Source of the DNA: Pseudomonadota bacterium
GTDB taxonomy: Bacteria; Myxococcota; JACRCW01; JAFGSX01
Direction of reading: 5' to 3'
DNA: 64,000 nucleotides
Assembly (NCBI GenBank): GCA_043821645.1
Contig: JBDRCO010000063.1
Coordinates: 31,458-95,457, forward strand
Shown: positions 27,088-37,163 of the stretch, one piece after another
How the letters are laid out: each line of letters opens with the position of its first letter
How positions within the stretch are numbered: the first letter of the stretch is position 1
The notes under the pieces: generated by a model
The model's database searches: none
Told to the model about the DNA's origin: nothing
The model's input: only the letters and a program-made list of their open reading frames with translations
Program-made: the position numbers and the translations under genes

Positions 27088-29808
27088 ATGGCCGCCGTGG
27101 TGACGCCTGCCCAGCCCGAGATCTTTGGACGCTACACCCTGCTTCACCGCCTCGCGGTGGGAGGCATGGCCGAGATCTACCTGGCTCGAGACGAGCGATC
27201 GGAGCACGGACCCGGTCTCGTCGTGATCAAGCGGCTGCGGCAGGAGCTGCAGTCCGATCCCGAGCACATCAAGATGCTGGTCGACGAGGAGGCCATCCTG
27301 AGCCGCCTCGATCATCGGGGAATCGTCAAGCCACTCGACTTTGGCAAGACCGATGGGCGCTATTACGTCGCCCTCGAACACGTGTGGGGGGAGTCGCTCG
27401 CCGCGCTGCTCACCCTGTGCGCCCAGCAGCGCACGCCCTTCCCTCTCAAGGCGGCCCTCCACATCGGCGCTCAGGTGGCCCACGCCCTCGCGCATGCGCA
27501 TGCATCGCGGCTGCCCTCGGGCGAGCCGGCGCCGGTGGTTCACCGCGACGTCACGCTGGGTAACGTGATGGTGTCGTACCAGGGTGAGGTCAAGGTCCTG
27601 GATTTCGGCATCGCCCGCACCAGCGGACGCCTGGCCGAGACCCAGCTCGGGATGGTCAAGGGCACGCTCGAGTACCAGGCACCGGAGCAGGTCGCGGGTG
27701 AGCCCGCGAGCCCGGCCACGGACCAGTACCAGCTCGGTGTGCTCCTGTACAAGCTGCTGGTGGGCTGCGCCCCGGTCGATGCCGACGACGACGCCCAGCT
27801 GCTGGTGCGCATCCGCGCTGGCGAGGTCGTCCGCCCCGGTCAGCGCGTGCCGGGCTTCCCACCGAGCGTCGAGTTGCTGCTGATGACGGCCCTGGCCCGG
27901 GAACCCACGCAGCGTTTTGCCAGTGCCAGACACCTGGCCGAGGCACTGGAAGCAGCGCTGGGGACGGGCTGGCACCGAGGAGACGAGGCGCTGCGCGCCA
28001 TGCTCGAGAGCCTGGGCGGAGAGCGTCACCGCCGCCAGCGCGCCCTTGTCGACGCAGTCCTGGAGGGGCGATCCCTCGATCCGGGTGCTGCGACACTGCT
28101 CGAGCGCGACACCCGCGTGGACGAACCGGCGCGCTTCAACGTCGAGCTGTCGACCTTCCTGGACGCTGTTCCCGGACCTCGAGCGGAGGGCAGCGCTGCC
28201 GACCTGCCCTTTGCCTCGGCCGAACTGCTGGCGGTCGCTGGCGCCGAACCCCAGGCCGCGCCGACCACCGGGGCAGCGGCGAGCCTGCCCCCACCGTCCG
28301 ACGCTCCTTTAGTGGACGGCGGCGGACCCACCATCGGCGCTTATCGCGTGCTCGGTCGCCTGGGACAGGGAGCGTTCGGTGAAAGCTTCCATTGCCGGGA
28401 CACCGAGCTGAGTCGCGAGGTCGTGGTCAAGATGCTGCGACCCGAGCTTGTCCGTGACGAGCTCACCCGGCAGCGCTTCCTGGCCGGCGCACGCAGCATG
28501 GCCAAGGCCGACGCGGCCGAGCTGGTGCGGGTGTTCCACGTCGGCGAGCACGAGGACAGGCCCTTTCTGACCATGGAATGGCTCGAGGGACAGGACCTGG
28601 GGAGCCACCTGGCCTCCGGTCCACTCGACGTGCGGACCGCCGTGGAGTGGCTTCAGCGCGCCGCCGCCGCCCTCGACAAGCTGGAGCAGCGGGGCCTGCA
28701 CCACGGCAATCTCAAGCCGAGCAACCTGTTCGTGGGCGACAGCGGCCTCCACTTCGGTGATCTGGGCATGGGAGCACGCTCGCCTGGCGACGGCGACGAC
28801 GAGAAAACCACGGGCGCCTTCCGGGCTCCCGAGCTGGCAGCCGGGCTTGAACCTGATGCGCGTGCGGACATCTACGCCCTCGGCGCAATCCTGTTCTGCT
28901 GCGTCATGGGCTCGCCGCCGGCGACCGGGACCGCCGCCGAACTCCAGCTCGAGGGCCTGCCTCCGCAGCTCGCGGGCGTGCTGCGGCACATGCTCGCCAC
29001 CGATCCTGCCGAGCGCTTCTCCTCTCCGGCGGCTTTGGCGCGTGCCCTCGGAGTGCTGGCCTCCACCCTGGGACCCCGCCCCGAGGCCGCGTCGGTCCAG
29101 GTCCCCGCCGTCGTGCCTGCGGCAGCAGCGAGCGGTTTCAGCTGGCGGCGTCCCCAGGTGATCGCGGCCGCGCTGGCTGTGCTTGGCATCGTCGTCGCGA
29201 GCGTGTTTCTGCTGAGCGGTGACAACTGGGCGTCTCGGCTCGCCGCCGGTGAGGCCGCCCAGGTACAGCGCGAGATCGCGGCCATCCCGCAGGCCGATCG
29301 AACTCCCGACGAGGAGCTGTACCTCGGACACGCGCTCAACGATCTCAAGACCTACGACGAAGCCTTCGAGGCCTATGCACGCGCCATCGCCGGGGGAGCC
29401 TTCGACGACAGGGTGCAGGCTTTCATGCTCGAGGAGCTCGACGCTCGCAAGGCCGACGACGTGGTCGAGGTGTTCCGGAGCTGGCCCGGGGACAGCGTGG
29501 ACAGCCCCCTCAAGAGGATGGCCGAGGAGGGTCGTCGCTGGGAGCGCCTGCACGCGCTGGAGGCCTTGCGCGCGCGCGGCAAAGACGCGTTGGTCGACAT
29601 GCAGAAGCTTGCCCTGCGGCACCTGGTCGAGGGCAGCAGCTGCGAGGAGAGGCGGCGCGGTGTGCGGGCGTTGATCGACGTCGGTCGTGACGCCACCGCC
29701 CTCGCCGCGGTGAAGCAGGCCAGGTCCAAGATCCTCGACAACATGTGCATGCAGCTCGAACTCGACCAGGCCGAGCGCGCCATCCAGAAGCGAATTCAAG
29801 CGCGCTAG
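27088..29808 (+). CDS. Membrane Ser/Thr protein kinase with two kinase domains (second degenerate) and TPR/HEAT-like C-terminus
   Basis: Domain 1: GGMAEIY, VIKR, HRDVT, DFG, APE. Domain 2: GQGAFG, VVKM, HGNLKPSN, DLG. Then TM and helical C-domain. Confidence 0.88.
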   Translation: MAAVVTPAQPEIFGRYTLLHRLAVGGMAEIYLARDERSEHGPGLVVIKRLRQELQSDPEHIKMLVDEEAILSRLDHRGIVKPLDFGKTDGRYYVALEHVWGESLAALLTLCAQQRTPFPLKAALHIGAQVAHALAHAHASRLPSGEPAPVVHRDVTLGNVMVSYQGEVKVLDFGIARTSGRLAETQLGMVKGTLEYQAPEQVAGEPASPATDQYQLGVLLYKLLVGCAPVDADDDAQLLVRIRAGEVVRPGQRVPGFPPSVELLLMTALAREPTQRFASARHLAEALEAALGTGWHRGDEALRAMLESLGGERHRRQRALVDAVLEGRSLDPGAATLLERDTRVDEPARFNVELSTFLDAVPGPRAEGSAADLPFASAELLAVAGAEPQAAPTTGAAASLPPPSDAPLVDGGGPTIGAYRVLGRLGQGAFGESFHCRDTELSREVVVKMLRPELVRDELTRQRFLAGARSMAKADAAELVRVFHVGEHEDRPFLTMEWLEGQDLGSHLASGPLDVRTAVEWLQRAAAALDKLEQRGLHHGNLKPSNLFVGDSGLHFGDLGMGARSPGDGDDEKTTGAFRAPELAAGLEPDARADIYALGAILFCCVMGSPPATGTAAELQLEGLPPQLAGVLRHMLATDPAERFSSPAALARALGVLASTLGPRPEAASVQVPAVVPAAAASGFSWRRPQVIAAALAVLGIVVASVFLLSGDNWASRLAAGEAAQVQREIAAIPQADRTPDEELYLGHALNDLKTYDEAFEAYARAIAGGAFDDRVQAFMLEELDARKADDVVEVFRSWPGDSVDSPLKRMAEEGRRWERLHALEALRARGKDALVDMQKLALRHLVEGSSCEERRRGVRALIDVGRDATALAAVKQARSKILDNMCMQLELDQAERAIQKRIQAR

Positions 29809-29832
29809 CTCGATCGCGCGCGGAGAGGACAG

Positions 29833-31497
29833 ATGACCCCTCAACCCGGCAGCACCCAGGCTCTGGGGAGTGTGCAGGCAGACACGCCGAAGACCATCGG
29901 CGGCTACCAGGTCGAGGCCAAGATCGGCGAAGGCGGCATGGGGAGAGTGTATGCCTGCCGCGACGAGACCCTGGACCGTCGGGTGGCCATCAAGGTGCTG
30001 CTGGCCGAGGTGGCGCGCGAGCCCGCCATGACCGAGCGCTTCCTGCGCGAGGCGAGGGCCATGGCCACCTTGACCTCGCCCCGGGTGGTCACCGTCTACC
30101 ACGTGGGCAGCGACGGAGACCTCCCTTACCTGGTGATGGAGTACCTCGAGGGCGAGGACCTGTCGCGCACGGTCAAGCGCCAGGGGGCCCTGGCTGTGGC
30201 CGACGTGCTGACCTACGCCCTGCACACGGTCGAGGGCCTGCGCGTGGCCACCCGGGCCGGGCTGGTGCATCGCGACATCAAGCCCAGCAATCTCTTTCTC
30301 ACCCCTGGCGGGGTCAAGCTCACCGACTTTGGCCTGGCGCGGCCTCTGGATGGTTCGGCCGATCTGACCCAGGCGGGCCTGGTCGTCGGCAGCCCGCACT
30401 ACCTGGCCCCCGAGCTCGCCCGCGGTCTCCCGGCGACCGCCCAGTCTGACATGTACGCGCTGGGAGCCTCGCTGTGCGAACTGCTGACCGGCACGCCGCC
30501 GTTCAGTGGGCAGGCTCCCGTCGACGTCGTCACCCAGCACCTGACCCAGCCCGTTCCCGATCTTCGCACCCGCCGACCGGAACTCCCCGGGGCCATCGCG
30601 GCCGTGGTGCAGCGCATGCTTGCCAAGATCCCCAAGGATCGCTTCGCGGACTACGACGAGCTGGAAGCAGCGCTGCGGGAGTCCAGCGATGCGGTGGAGG
30701 CAGGTGAAGGACCGACCCTGCCACCGGCCGGCCCTCGCGCTCTGGCCGCCGAGACCGTCGCTGCGCGCCTGACAGAAGGTTCGCGGACCGCTCGCCCCAC
30801 GCCGCGGTGGCGCGGGATCGTCGACCTGCTCGGACGCAGACGAGGGATGGTCCTGACCGCGGGCGCCGCCCTGGTCCTGGTGCTGATCTGGAGCATGCTC
30901 GGGGACGATCGCCTCAAGCGCATCGACGCCGGTCAGGCCCGCGCCGTGCTCGAGGAGATCCAGACCCTCCCTGCAACGCAACGCAGCGGCCAGGACGAAC
31001 TGGTTCGCGGTCACGCCCTGGTGGCGCTCCGGCGTGTCGACGAGGCCATGCGCGCCTACCAGAAAGCGCTCAAGGGTGGCGCCTCGGACGACAGAGCACG
31101 GCGTCACATCTTCGAGGCCATCGAGGACGATGAGGCCCCGGAGGCCGCCGAGGTACTGGCACTGTGGCCCGATTCGGACATCGACAAGGTGCTGCGCTCC
31201 CTGGTGCTCGAGGGCGAGTGGTGGCCGCGCCACAACGCGATGCGCGCGCTCGAGGGGCGGCGTGACGTCGAGCCAGAACTGCAAGAGCAGCTGGGCCGGC
31301 TCGACCTCAAGAGCGGAGACAGCTGCCCGCGGCGCCGCATGGGGCTGATGCGACTCAAGCGCATGGGTCAGTCCAGGGCCGCTGCCGACGCCATCCGCAG
31401 CGCCAGCCAGCGCATGCCCGACAACCTGTGCATGCTGCTCGATTTCCCCGGCGCGGAGCAGGCCGTTCGCGCGCGCCTCGGGGACACCGAGGAGTGA
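29833..31497 (+). CDS. Membrane Ser/Thr protein kinase
   Basis: GEGGMG, VAIK, HRDIKPSN, DFGLA, YLAPE; TM; C-domain paralogous to the upstream kinase. Confidence 0.93.
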   Translation: MTPQPGSTQALGSVQADTPKTIGGYQVEAKIGEGGMGRVYACRDETLDRRVAIKVLLAEVAREPAMTERFLREARAMATLTSPRVVTVYHVGSDGDLPYLVMEYLEGEDLSRTVKRQGALAVADVLTYALHTVEGLRVATRAGLVHRDIKPSNLFLTPGGVKLTDFGLARPLDGSADLTQAGLVVGSPHYLAPELARGLPATAQSDMYALGASLCELLTGTPPFSGQAPVDVVTQHLTQPVPDLRTRRPELPGAIAAVVQRMLAKIPKDRFADYDELEAALRESSDAVEAGEGPTLPPAGPRALAAETVAARLTEGSRTARPTPRWRGIVDLLGRRRGMVLTAGAALVLVLIWSMLGDDRLKRIDAGQARAVLEEIQTLPATQRSGQDELVRGHALVALRRVDEAMRAYQKALKGGASDDRARRHIFEAIEDDEAPEAAEVLALWPDSDIDKVLRSLVLEGEWWPRHNAMRALEGRRDVEPELQEQLGRLDLKSGDSCPRRRMGLMRLKRMGQSRAAADAIRSASQRMPDNLCMLLDFPGAEQAVRARLGDTEE

Positions 31498-31597
31498 CGA
31501 ACGGCCCCTGGATCGACAGCCCGCAGCCACGCGCTCAGCACTGGACAGCGCGCGGTTCCTGACGCTATGTGGCGGACCCCCTGTGGAATAGGTCGTC

Positions 31598-33589
31598 ATG
31601 AGCCTGATTGCCGTCGAGAACCTGTCCCTCTCCTTTGCGGGCCGCACCCTGTTTGACCACGTGGGTTTTGCGGTGTCCGCCCAGGACCGGGTCGGGTTGG
31701 TCGGCCGCAATGGCATGGGCAAGACCTCGCTGCTGCGCTGCGTCGTCGGCGAGCTGGCTCCCGACGATGGCCAGATCCGCGTCGCCCGGGGCGCGCGCAT
31801 CGGCTACCTGCAACAGGAGATCTCGGCGCCCCGCGAGCTGCCCCTGCTCAGCTCGGTACTGCAAAGCGTGCCTGGCCTGGGTCTGGTGGAGCAGGAGATC
31901 GCCGTCGTCGAGGAGGAACTGGAGCGCACCGAGGACGAGGCCAGTCAGCAGGAGCTGGCGCTGCGGCTGAGTGAACTGTTGCACCGCCGCGAGAACTATC
32001 AGACCTGCTATGCCCCGCACGAGGCCGAGCGCATCCTGGCTGGGTTGGGTTTCGCACCTGCCCGCTTCGAGCAATCCCTGGCCACCTTGTCGGGAGGCTG
32101 GCGCATGCGCGCGGCCCTGGCCTCGCTGCTGTTCCAGCAACCGGATGTGCTGCTGCTCGACGAGCCCACCAACCATCTCGACCTGCCCAGCGTCGAGTGG
32201 TTCGACGGCTACCTCAAGAAGTACCCGGGCGCCTGCGTGCTGGTGTCCCACGACAAGGCCTTTCTCAACAGCCAGATCGCGCGCGTCATCAGTCTGGAAC
32301 TCGAGGGCCTGCGCAGCTATTCGGGCAACTACGACCAGTACGTGGCGCTGCGTGACGACGAGGACGTGCTGCTCAAGAACCGCGCCCGCAACCTGGAGCG
32401 CGAGCGCAAGGAGATCGAGCGCTTCGTCGAGCGCTTCAAGGCCAAGGCCACCCACGCACGCCAGGCCTCGTCCCGGGCCAAGGTGCTGCACAAGATGGAA
32501 AAGGTGCAGACCCTGGCGTTGCCCAAGGAGCTGAGCTTTCGCTTCAAGCCCGCCGTGGCATCGGGCCGCCAGGTGGTGGCGGTGGAGGGCCTGACCAAGC
32601 GCTTCGGCGAGCAGGTGCTGTACCAGGACCTGGACCTGCGGGTGTACCGCGGCGAGCGCGTGGCCGTGGTCGGCGCCAACGGCACCGGCAAGACCACCCT
32701 GCTGCGCATCATCGCCCAGGACCTCGACGCCGACGCGGGCAGCGTGAGCTTTGGCCACCAGGTGCAGTTCGACTACTACGCCCAGCACTGCGCCGACGGC
32801 CTGCATCCGGCGCTCAACGTGCTGCAAACCCTGTGGTCAGACCTGCCCGCCGAGAGCCAGACCGCGGTGCGCGGCCTGCTGGGCGCCTTCTTGTTCTCGG
32901 GCGACGACGCGCTCAAGCCCGTGGGTGTGCTGTCCGGCGGTGAGCGCGCCCGGGTCGCCCTGGCCCGTCTGGTGGCGCGCCCCACCAACCTGCTCATCAT
33001 GGACGAGCCCACCAACCACCTCGACCTGAACGCCAGCGAGGCCCTGGCCGAGGCCATGCAGGCCTACGAGGGCTCGGTGATCTTCGTCAGCCACAACATC
33101 TCGCTGCTGCGCGCGGTGGCCACCAAGATCTGGGACATCCGCGATGGACAGGTGCACGAGGTGCTGGGCGGCTACGACGACTACCTGCGCGCCCGCGAGC
33201 GCGATCAGCAGGCCGCGCGGGATAAAAATCCCCGTCGCGGGGCTCCCCGGGAGGAGGCGCCAGCCGAACCCGCACCTGCCAGCAAGGGCAACCGCAGCGA
33301 CGAGAAAGCCAAGAAGCGCGCCGAGGCCGAGCACAGGCAACAGCTGGCCCGCAAACTCGGTGACCTCCCGCGCCGCATCGCCGAACTGGAGAAGCGCATC
33401 GCCGCTCTCGAAGACAGGCTGGCCGCCCTGGAGGCGGAACTGGCCCGGGCCGATGTGTACCAGGACCAGAGCCGCTACCCCGAGCTGCTGCGCGAGTTCA
33501 CCGAGGGCAAGAGCAAGCTCGACGAGCTCATGGGCCGCTGGGAGCACCTGGAAGAAGAACGGGCTCGCATCGCCGGTCCCCTGGAGTAG
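31598..33589 (+). CDS. ABC-F family ATPase (YheS/Uup-like)
   Basis: Two ABC domains ([35 protein letters not shown]), no TM segments, C-terminal coiled coil. Confidence 0.93.
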   Translation: MSLIAVENLSLSFAGRTLFDHVGFAVSAQDRVGLVGRNGMGKTSLLRCVVGELAPDDGQIRVARGARIGYLQQEISAPRELPLLSSVLQSVPGLGLVEQEIAVVEEELERTEDEASQQELALRLSELLHRRENYQTCYAPHEAERILAGLGFAPARFEQSLATLSGGWRMRAALASLLFQQPDVLLLDEPTNHLDLPSVEWFDGYLKKYPGACVLVSHDKAFLNSQIARVISLELEGLRSYSGNYDQYVALRDDEDVLLKNRARNLERERKEIERFVERFKAKATHARQASSRAKVLHKMEKVQTLALPKELSFRFKPAVASGRQVVAVEGLTKRFGEQVLYQDLDLRVYRGERVAVVGANGTGKTTLLRIIAQDLDADAGSVSFGHQVQFDYYAQHCADGLHPALNVLQTLWSDLPAESQTAVRGLLGAFLFSGDDALKPVGVLSGGERARVALARLVARPTNLLIMDEPTNHLDLNASEALAEAMQAYEGSVIFVSHNISLLRAVATKIWDIRDGQVHEVLGGYDDYLRARERDQQAARDKNPRRGAPREEAPAEPAPASKGNRSDEKAKKRAEAEHRQQLARKLGDLPRRIAELEKRIAALEDRLAALEAELARADVYQDQSRYPELLREFTEGKSKLDELMGRWEHLEEERARIAGPLE

Positions 33590-33597
33590 CCGCGGCC

Positions 33598-34431
33598 TCA
33601 GCCAGGGAGGTCGGTGTGCGCGGGAGCGGTGCCCGTGACCACCTCGCCGCTGGGCGCGATGGTGGTGTTCTCGACCATCAGGTCCGCGGGCACCTCGCCG
33701 CTGGACGCGCGCTTGCGGCTCTCGACCTTGGCCTCACCCATGGCCTTGGTCAGGTTCAGCAGCAGGTCCTGGCCCCTGTGCATCATCTCCGCGTCGTCGA
33801 GCAGCGAGCCCTGGTCGGCGGCGGCGCTGGCCGCGTGGCTGATCTTTTCAAAAGTGTCGACCAGGTGCGTGTGCAGCTCGCCTACCTTGACGCGGGCGAG
33901 GGAGTCCTCGGCCTTTTCCCGTGCCACCTCGCCGCTGGCGCGCTCGAGATCCTGGAGCACCCTGGCCGGGAACGTGAGCACCGCGTCCATGGCTCCGAGC
34001 TTCCTGAAGCTGTCCCCGTGCAGATCCACCCGCGCCTTCACCTCGACCAGGAAGTCCTTCATGTCCTTGACCGTGCGCGGCGAGCCCAGTCCAAAGCCGG
34101 CGGCCTGCAGCAGCACATTGCGGCGCGCAGCGGGAGCCTGGCGCGCCATGCTGGTCATCATGCTGCGCCAGGTCACCACCTTGGCCATGAGGCCCTCGCG
34201 GGTGCGGATGGCATCGGTGGTCTCGGCCTGCTCGCGCAGCAGGGCATCGAAGGCGTCGCGATAGGCGGTGATGTCGCGGTCGAGGTTGCCAAACCAGGTG
34301 TCGCCCAGGCTCGCCGACACGAAGGCGTCGAACCAGCTTCGATGCTTGTCCAGCGGCCCGCGGGTCATGGCGCTGTAGAAGTACAGGTCCAGGTAGCTGG
34401 TGTTGTCGAGATACATGCTGTCCTCCATCAC
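33598..34431 (-). CDS. Hypothetical all-alpha-helical protein
   Basis: 277-aa ORF with GC-rich third positions and amphipathic helical pattern; no recognised motif. Confidence 0.7.
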   Translation of the reverse strand: MMEDSMYLDNTSYLDLYFYSAMTRGPLDKHRSWFDAFVSASLGDTWFGNLDRDITAYRDAFDALLREQAETTDAIRTREGLMAKVVTWRSMMTSMARQAPAARRNVLLQAAGFGLGSPRTVKDMKDFLVEVKARVDLHGDSFRKLGAMDAVLTFPARVLQDLERASGEVAREKAEDSLARVKVGELHTHLVDTFEKISHAASAAADQGSLLDDAEMMHRGQDLLLNLTKAMGEAKVESRKRASSGEVPADLMVENTTIAPSGEVVTGTAPAHTDLPG

Positions 34432-34519
34432 GCGCCGGGTGTGCCGGCGCGGCCTGTGGGCCCGCGGGCCCGGTTAGAAAACACCGCTGAAGGGGTGTGT
34501 TCGGCTCTGCAGGGAGTGC

Positions 34520-34850
34520 CTCGGACCCTGTCGCATCGCGGATCGGACCCTGTGCAGGGGCTGACCTGACCCTGCACACCCGCGGGCCTCACGCAGCATG
34601 GTCGGTGGCGGAACCCGGCAAGCAGCGTGATCGGAGTCTGCGCGGCGGGTCGTTGGCATGCGCAAGGGGGGGCATGGGAGTCTGCGGGCAGTGGCGTGGC
34701 CCATGTCCTTCAGCGCGCGGGCCCTGTGATCAGGCTCCAGGGACCCTGTACAGGGCACGTCCTGGGTAGAACGTTGCGCGCTCGGGGTCAGCCCAGGCCG
34801 GCAGGGGGTCTGCAAGCGGGTTCCGGGCGTCTGCACAGGGCTCCGCAGGC
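34520..34850. repeat. Degenerate array with about 22-bp period (GACCCTG/GAGTCTG core)
   Basis: GACCCTG at 34524, 34546, 34568; AACCCGG 34612; GAGTCTG 34634, 34678; GGCCCTG 34720; GACCCTG 34742; GGGTCTG 34806; GCGTCTG 34827. Confidence 0.5.
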
Positions 34851-35127
34851 CCCGCCCGCGGCAGCGCGCACAGCCGCTCACCCCGCCGGCAAGGGCAGAA
34901 AAAGACGTGCCAAAACAAGGCCCTGCCCCCCCCAACAGCGTCCCCCTGCCCTGGCAGTCCGGCGATCGCCAGAGCGAGCATTGGTCTACGATCAGTGTGC
35001 TAGGTGATCAACCGAAAATTCAGCGGTGAGGTCGGTGGAGGCGGGAAGGTGGGGGGGGACTCTGGCGGGAGGCCCGGGACCCGGGGTCGGCTCTAAGTGT
35101 TCTGAACTACAGGGAGTGTAATTGGCT

Positions 35128-35245
35128 GGCACCTTCTAGGGGGCACCTTCTAGGGGGCCTCCTCCGGCAGGTGAGGAAGGGTGCGGTGAGGAAGGGTGCT
35201 GAGGAAGGGTGCCAGGCACATGTTTCAGGGCACATGTTTCAGGGG
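35128..35245. repeat. Stuttered tandem repeats around palindrome GTGCC-A-GGCAC (REP-like)
   Basis: GGCACCTTCTAGGG x2 (35128-35155); TGAGGAAGGGTGC x3 (35172, 35187, 35200); GGCACATGTTTCAG x2 (35215, 35229). Confidence 0.85.
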
Positions 35246-35375
35246 TGAGTCGAAGATAGAGTGGCGCCCTTGATCAGAAATGTTCGTGGCGATTCCGCCT
35301 GCGGGGGACGCGGGCGATGCTCCAGGCACCACGGCCCACAGCGCCGCTGGCGGGGAACGGGAGAAAGGGACAGAC

Positions 35376-36608
35376 GTGCTGCGCAGGTACCGCGGTCTGC
35401 CAGGTCGGGTCTACGTGCTGTGCCTGGGGACCTTCATCAACCGCGCAGGCACCATGCTCGTTCCTTTTCTCGCCCTGTACGTGCAGGGCGAGATGGGGCT
35501 CGACGAGCAGGTCGCGACCCGGGCCATGGGAGCGTTCGGCCTCGGCGCCATGATCGCGTCGGTATTGGGCGGACACCTCACCGACCGCCTGGGGCGGCGC
35601 GCGGTCATGCTGCTCGGTCTCGGTGGCGGCGCGGCCATCCTGCTCGTCTTCTCGTCGTTTAGGACGCCGTTCTCCATCTACGCGGCCGTCTTCGCGTTCG
35701 CCCTGCTGGCCGAGATGTACCGTCCGGCCTCGTCATCTATGATCGCCGATCTGACCAGCGGCGAGCAGCAGACCCACGCCTTTGGCCTGATGTACTTTGC
35801 CATCAACCTGGGTTTTTGCCTGGGACCCCTGATCGGTGGAGTCCTGGCCGCACGCTCGTTCCAGCTCCTGCTGTGGGGAGATGCGCTCACGTCGCTCCTC
35901 TTCGCCCTGATCATCTTCGTCTGGATACGCGAGAGCCTTCCTGCGCGCGTGGCGGACGACGACGGCACGGTCACAGCGCAGGTCTCTCTCACCGCCGCCG
36001 CGCGTGTCATCCTGCATGACCGGATATTTTTACTGTACGCCTTGGCCGCGTTGCTGTGTGCCGCAGTCTACATGCAGCTCGTGTCCACGTTTCCGCTCTA
36101 CCTCAGGCGACTCGGGATCAGTCCTGCGACCTACGGTCTGCTCCTCTCCATCAACGCCGCCATGGTCGTCTCGCTGCAGCTCCCCGTCACGTCCCTGGTG
36201 GCTCGGCTCCCGCGCGGCTGGGTGATGGCTGTCGGCACCTTCTTCATCGGCGCTGGCTTTGGACTCATGGGCTTCGCCGCCACAGCCTGGCAGTTTGCCC
36301 TGTGCATCGTGACCCTGACAGCGGGTGAGTTGCTGGCCTTTCCCCTGAGCCAGGCGATCGTCGCGGACCTATCGCCTCCGTCGCTGCGCGGACGCTACAT
36401 GGGTGTCTTCGGGCTCAGCTTCTCCATCGCGATCATGGGAGGCGCACCCCTTGGCGGCATGGCCCTGGTGCACCTGGGCGGCGGCTGGACCTGGGCGCTG
36501 TGCTTTTTTGTGGGGTCCCTGTCCACGGGATTGTACGTCGTCATCCGGCGACAGCTCGCGGTCAGGGAGACCGTCAACACCGGAGACGAGGAGCGAGCGG
36601 GGACCTAG
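35376..36608 (+). CDS. MFS transporter (MdtH/MDR-like); start uncertain (35280 or 35376)
   Basis: GTFINRAGTM, motif A GGHLTDRLGRR, AINLGF..GP; about 12 TM. Confidence 0.9.
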   Translation: MLRRYRGLPGRVYVLCLGTFINRAGTMLVPFLALYVQGEMGLDEQVATRAMGAFGLGAMIASVLGGHLTDRLGRRAVMLLGLGGGAAILLVFSSFRTPFSIYAAVFAFALLAEMYRPASSSMIADLTSGEQQTHAFGLMYFAINLGFCLGPLIGGVLAARSFQLLLWGDALTSLLFALIIFVWIRESLPARVADDDGTVTAQVSLTAAARVILHDRIFLLYALAALLCAAVYMQLVSTFPLYLRRLGISPATYGLLLSINAAMVVSLQLPVTSLVARLPRGWVMAVGTFFIGAGFGLMGFAATAWQFALCIVTLTAGELLAFPLSQAIVADLSPPSLRGRYMGVFGLSFSIAIMGGAPLGGMALVHLGGGWTWALCFFVGSLSTGLYVVIRRQLAVRETVNTGDEERAGT

Positions 36609-36735
36609 CGCTTTTGCGAGGGACGGGGATGCCTCCGGAAAAGGTGTCACATGAAGCGCGCGGCCCGCGCAAACGCGCGCCTTGCCGCCATGGCTCGGCG
36701 GCGCAGATGTGGGAGCAGGTGACGTCGTCAGGTCG

Positions 36736-37163
36736 TCAGCTCAGTTCGAACGCGCGCTCGGCCTGGGGAGGTGCTCGCGGCGGGTCGGAGAGGACCCCAC
36801 GCCGCACCAGCAGCCGGATCACCTGGCCGGCGATGACCTCGACCAGCCGCTTGATCTCGCCATCCGACGGCGGTGGTGTCTGCACGACACAGGCGGCTGG
36901 TCCAGGCCGTTGCCGACGCAGATGCCGTCGAGCAGCAGCGAGTGGGAGTGCCAGGCGAGCCTCAGGTCCGAGTTGGCGCGCTGGATCACGGTGATGGCGC
37001 CGGTGCGGCCGCTATCGTGCCCCATTATCCGTGCGCGCCGGCGGCACCTTCACGACACCGCTCACAGGGACACGGCGAGCACGTCGAAGCACAGCGCGCC
37101 GTCCTATGCCAGCCTGTAGCGCCACTCCATGGGCAGGGTCAGCACCCACTGCCGAACCGGTAC
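36736..37163 (-). pseudogene. IS91-family transposase remnant (stops, frameshift, internal deletion)
   Basis: Manual translation VPVRQWVLTLPMEWRYRLA*...RTGAITVIQRANSDLRLAWHSHSLLLDG, then frameshift to PPPSDGEIKRLVEVIAGQVIRLLVRRG joined directly to terminal PRAPPQAERAFELS*. Confidence 0.8.

Noticed and set aside
28309-31800. 1163-aa minus-strand ORF and similar long antisense ORFs (8602-10767, 41588-43912, 25837-28029 upstream part, 38632-40296)
   Set aside because: Shadow frames of well-supported genes on the opposite strand, expected at high GC; no recognisable motifs.
34893-34913. Sigma-54 promoter on the minus strand (TTGGCACG) for the orphan gene
   Set aside because: The -24 element is good but the -12 position reads TTTC rather than TTGC.
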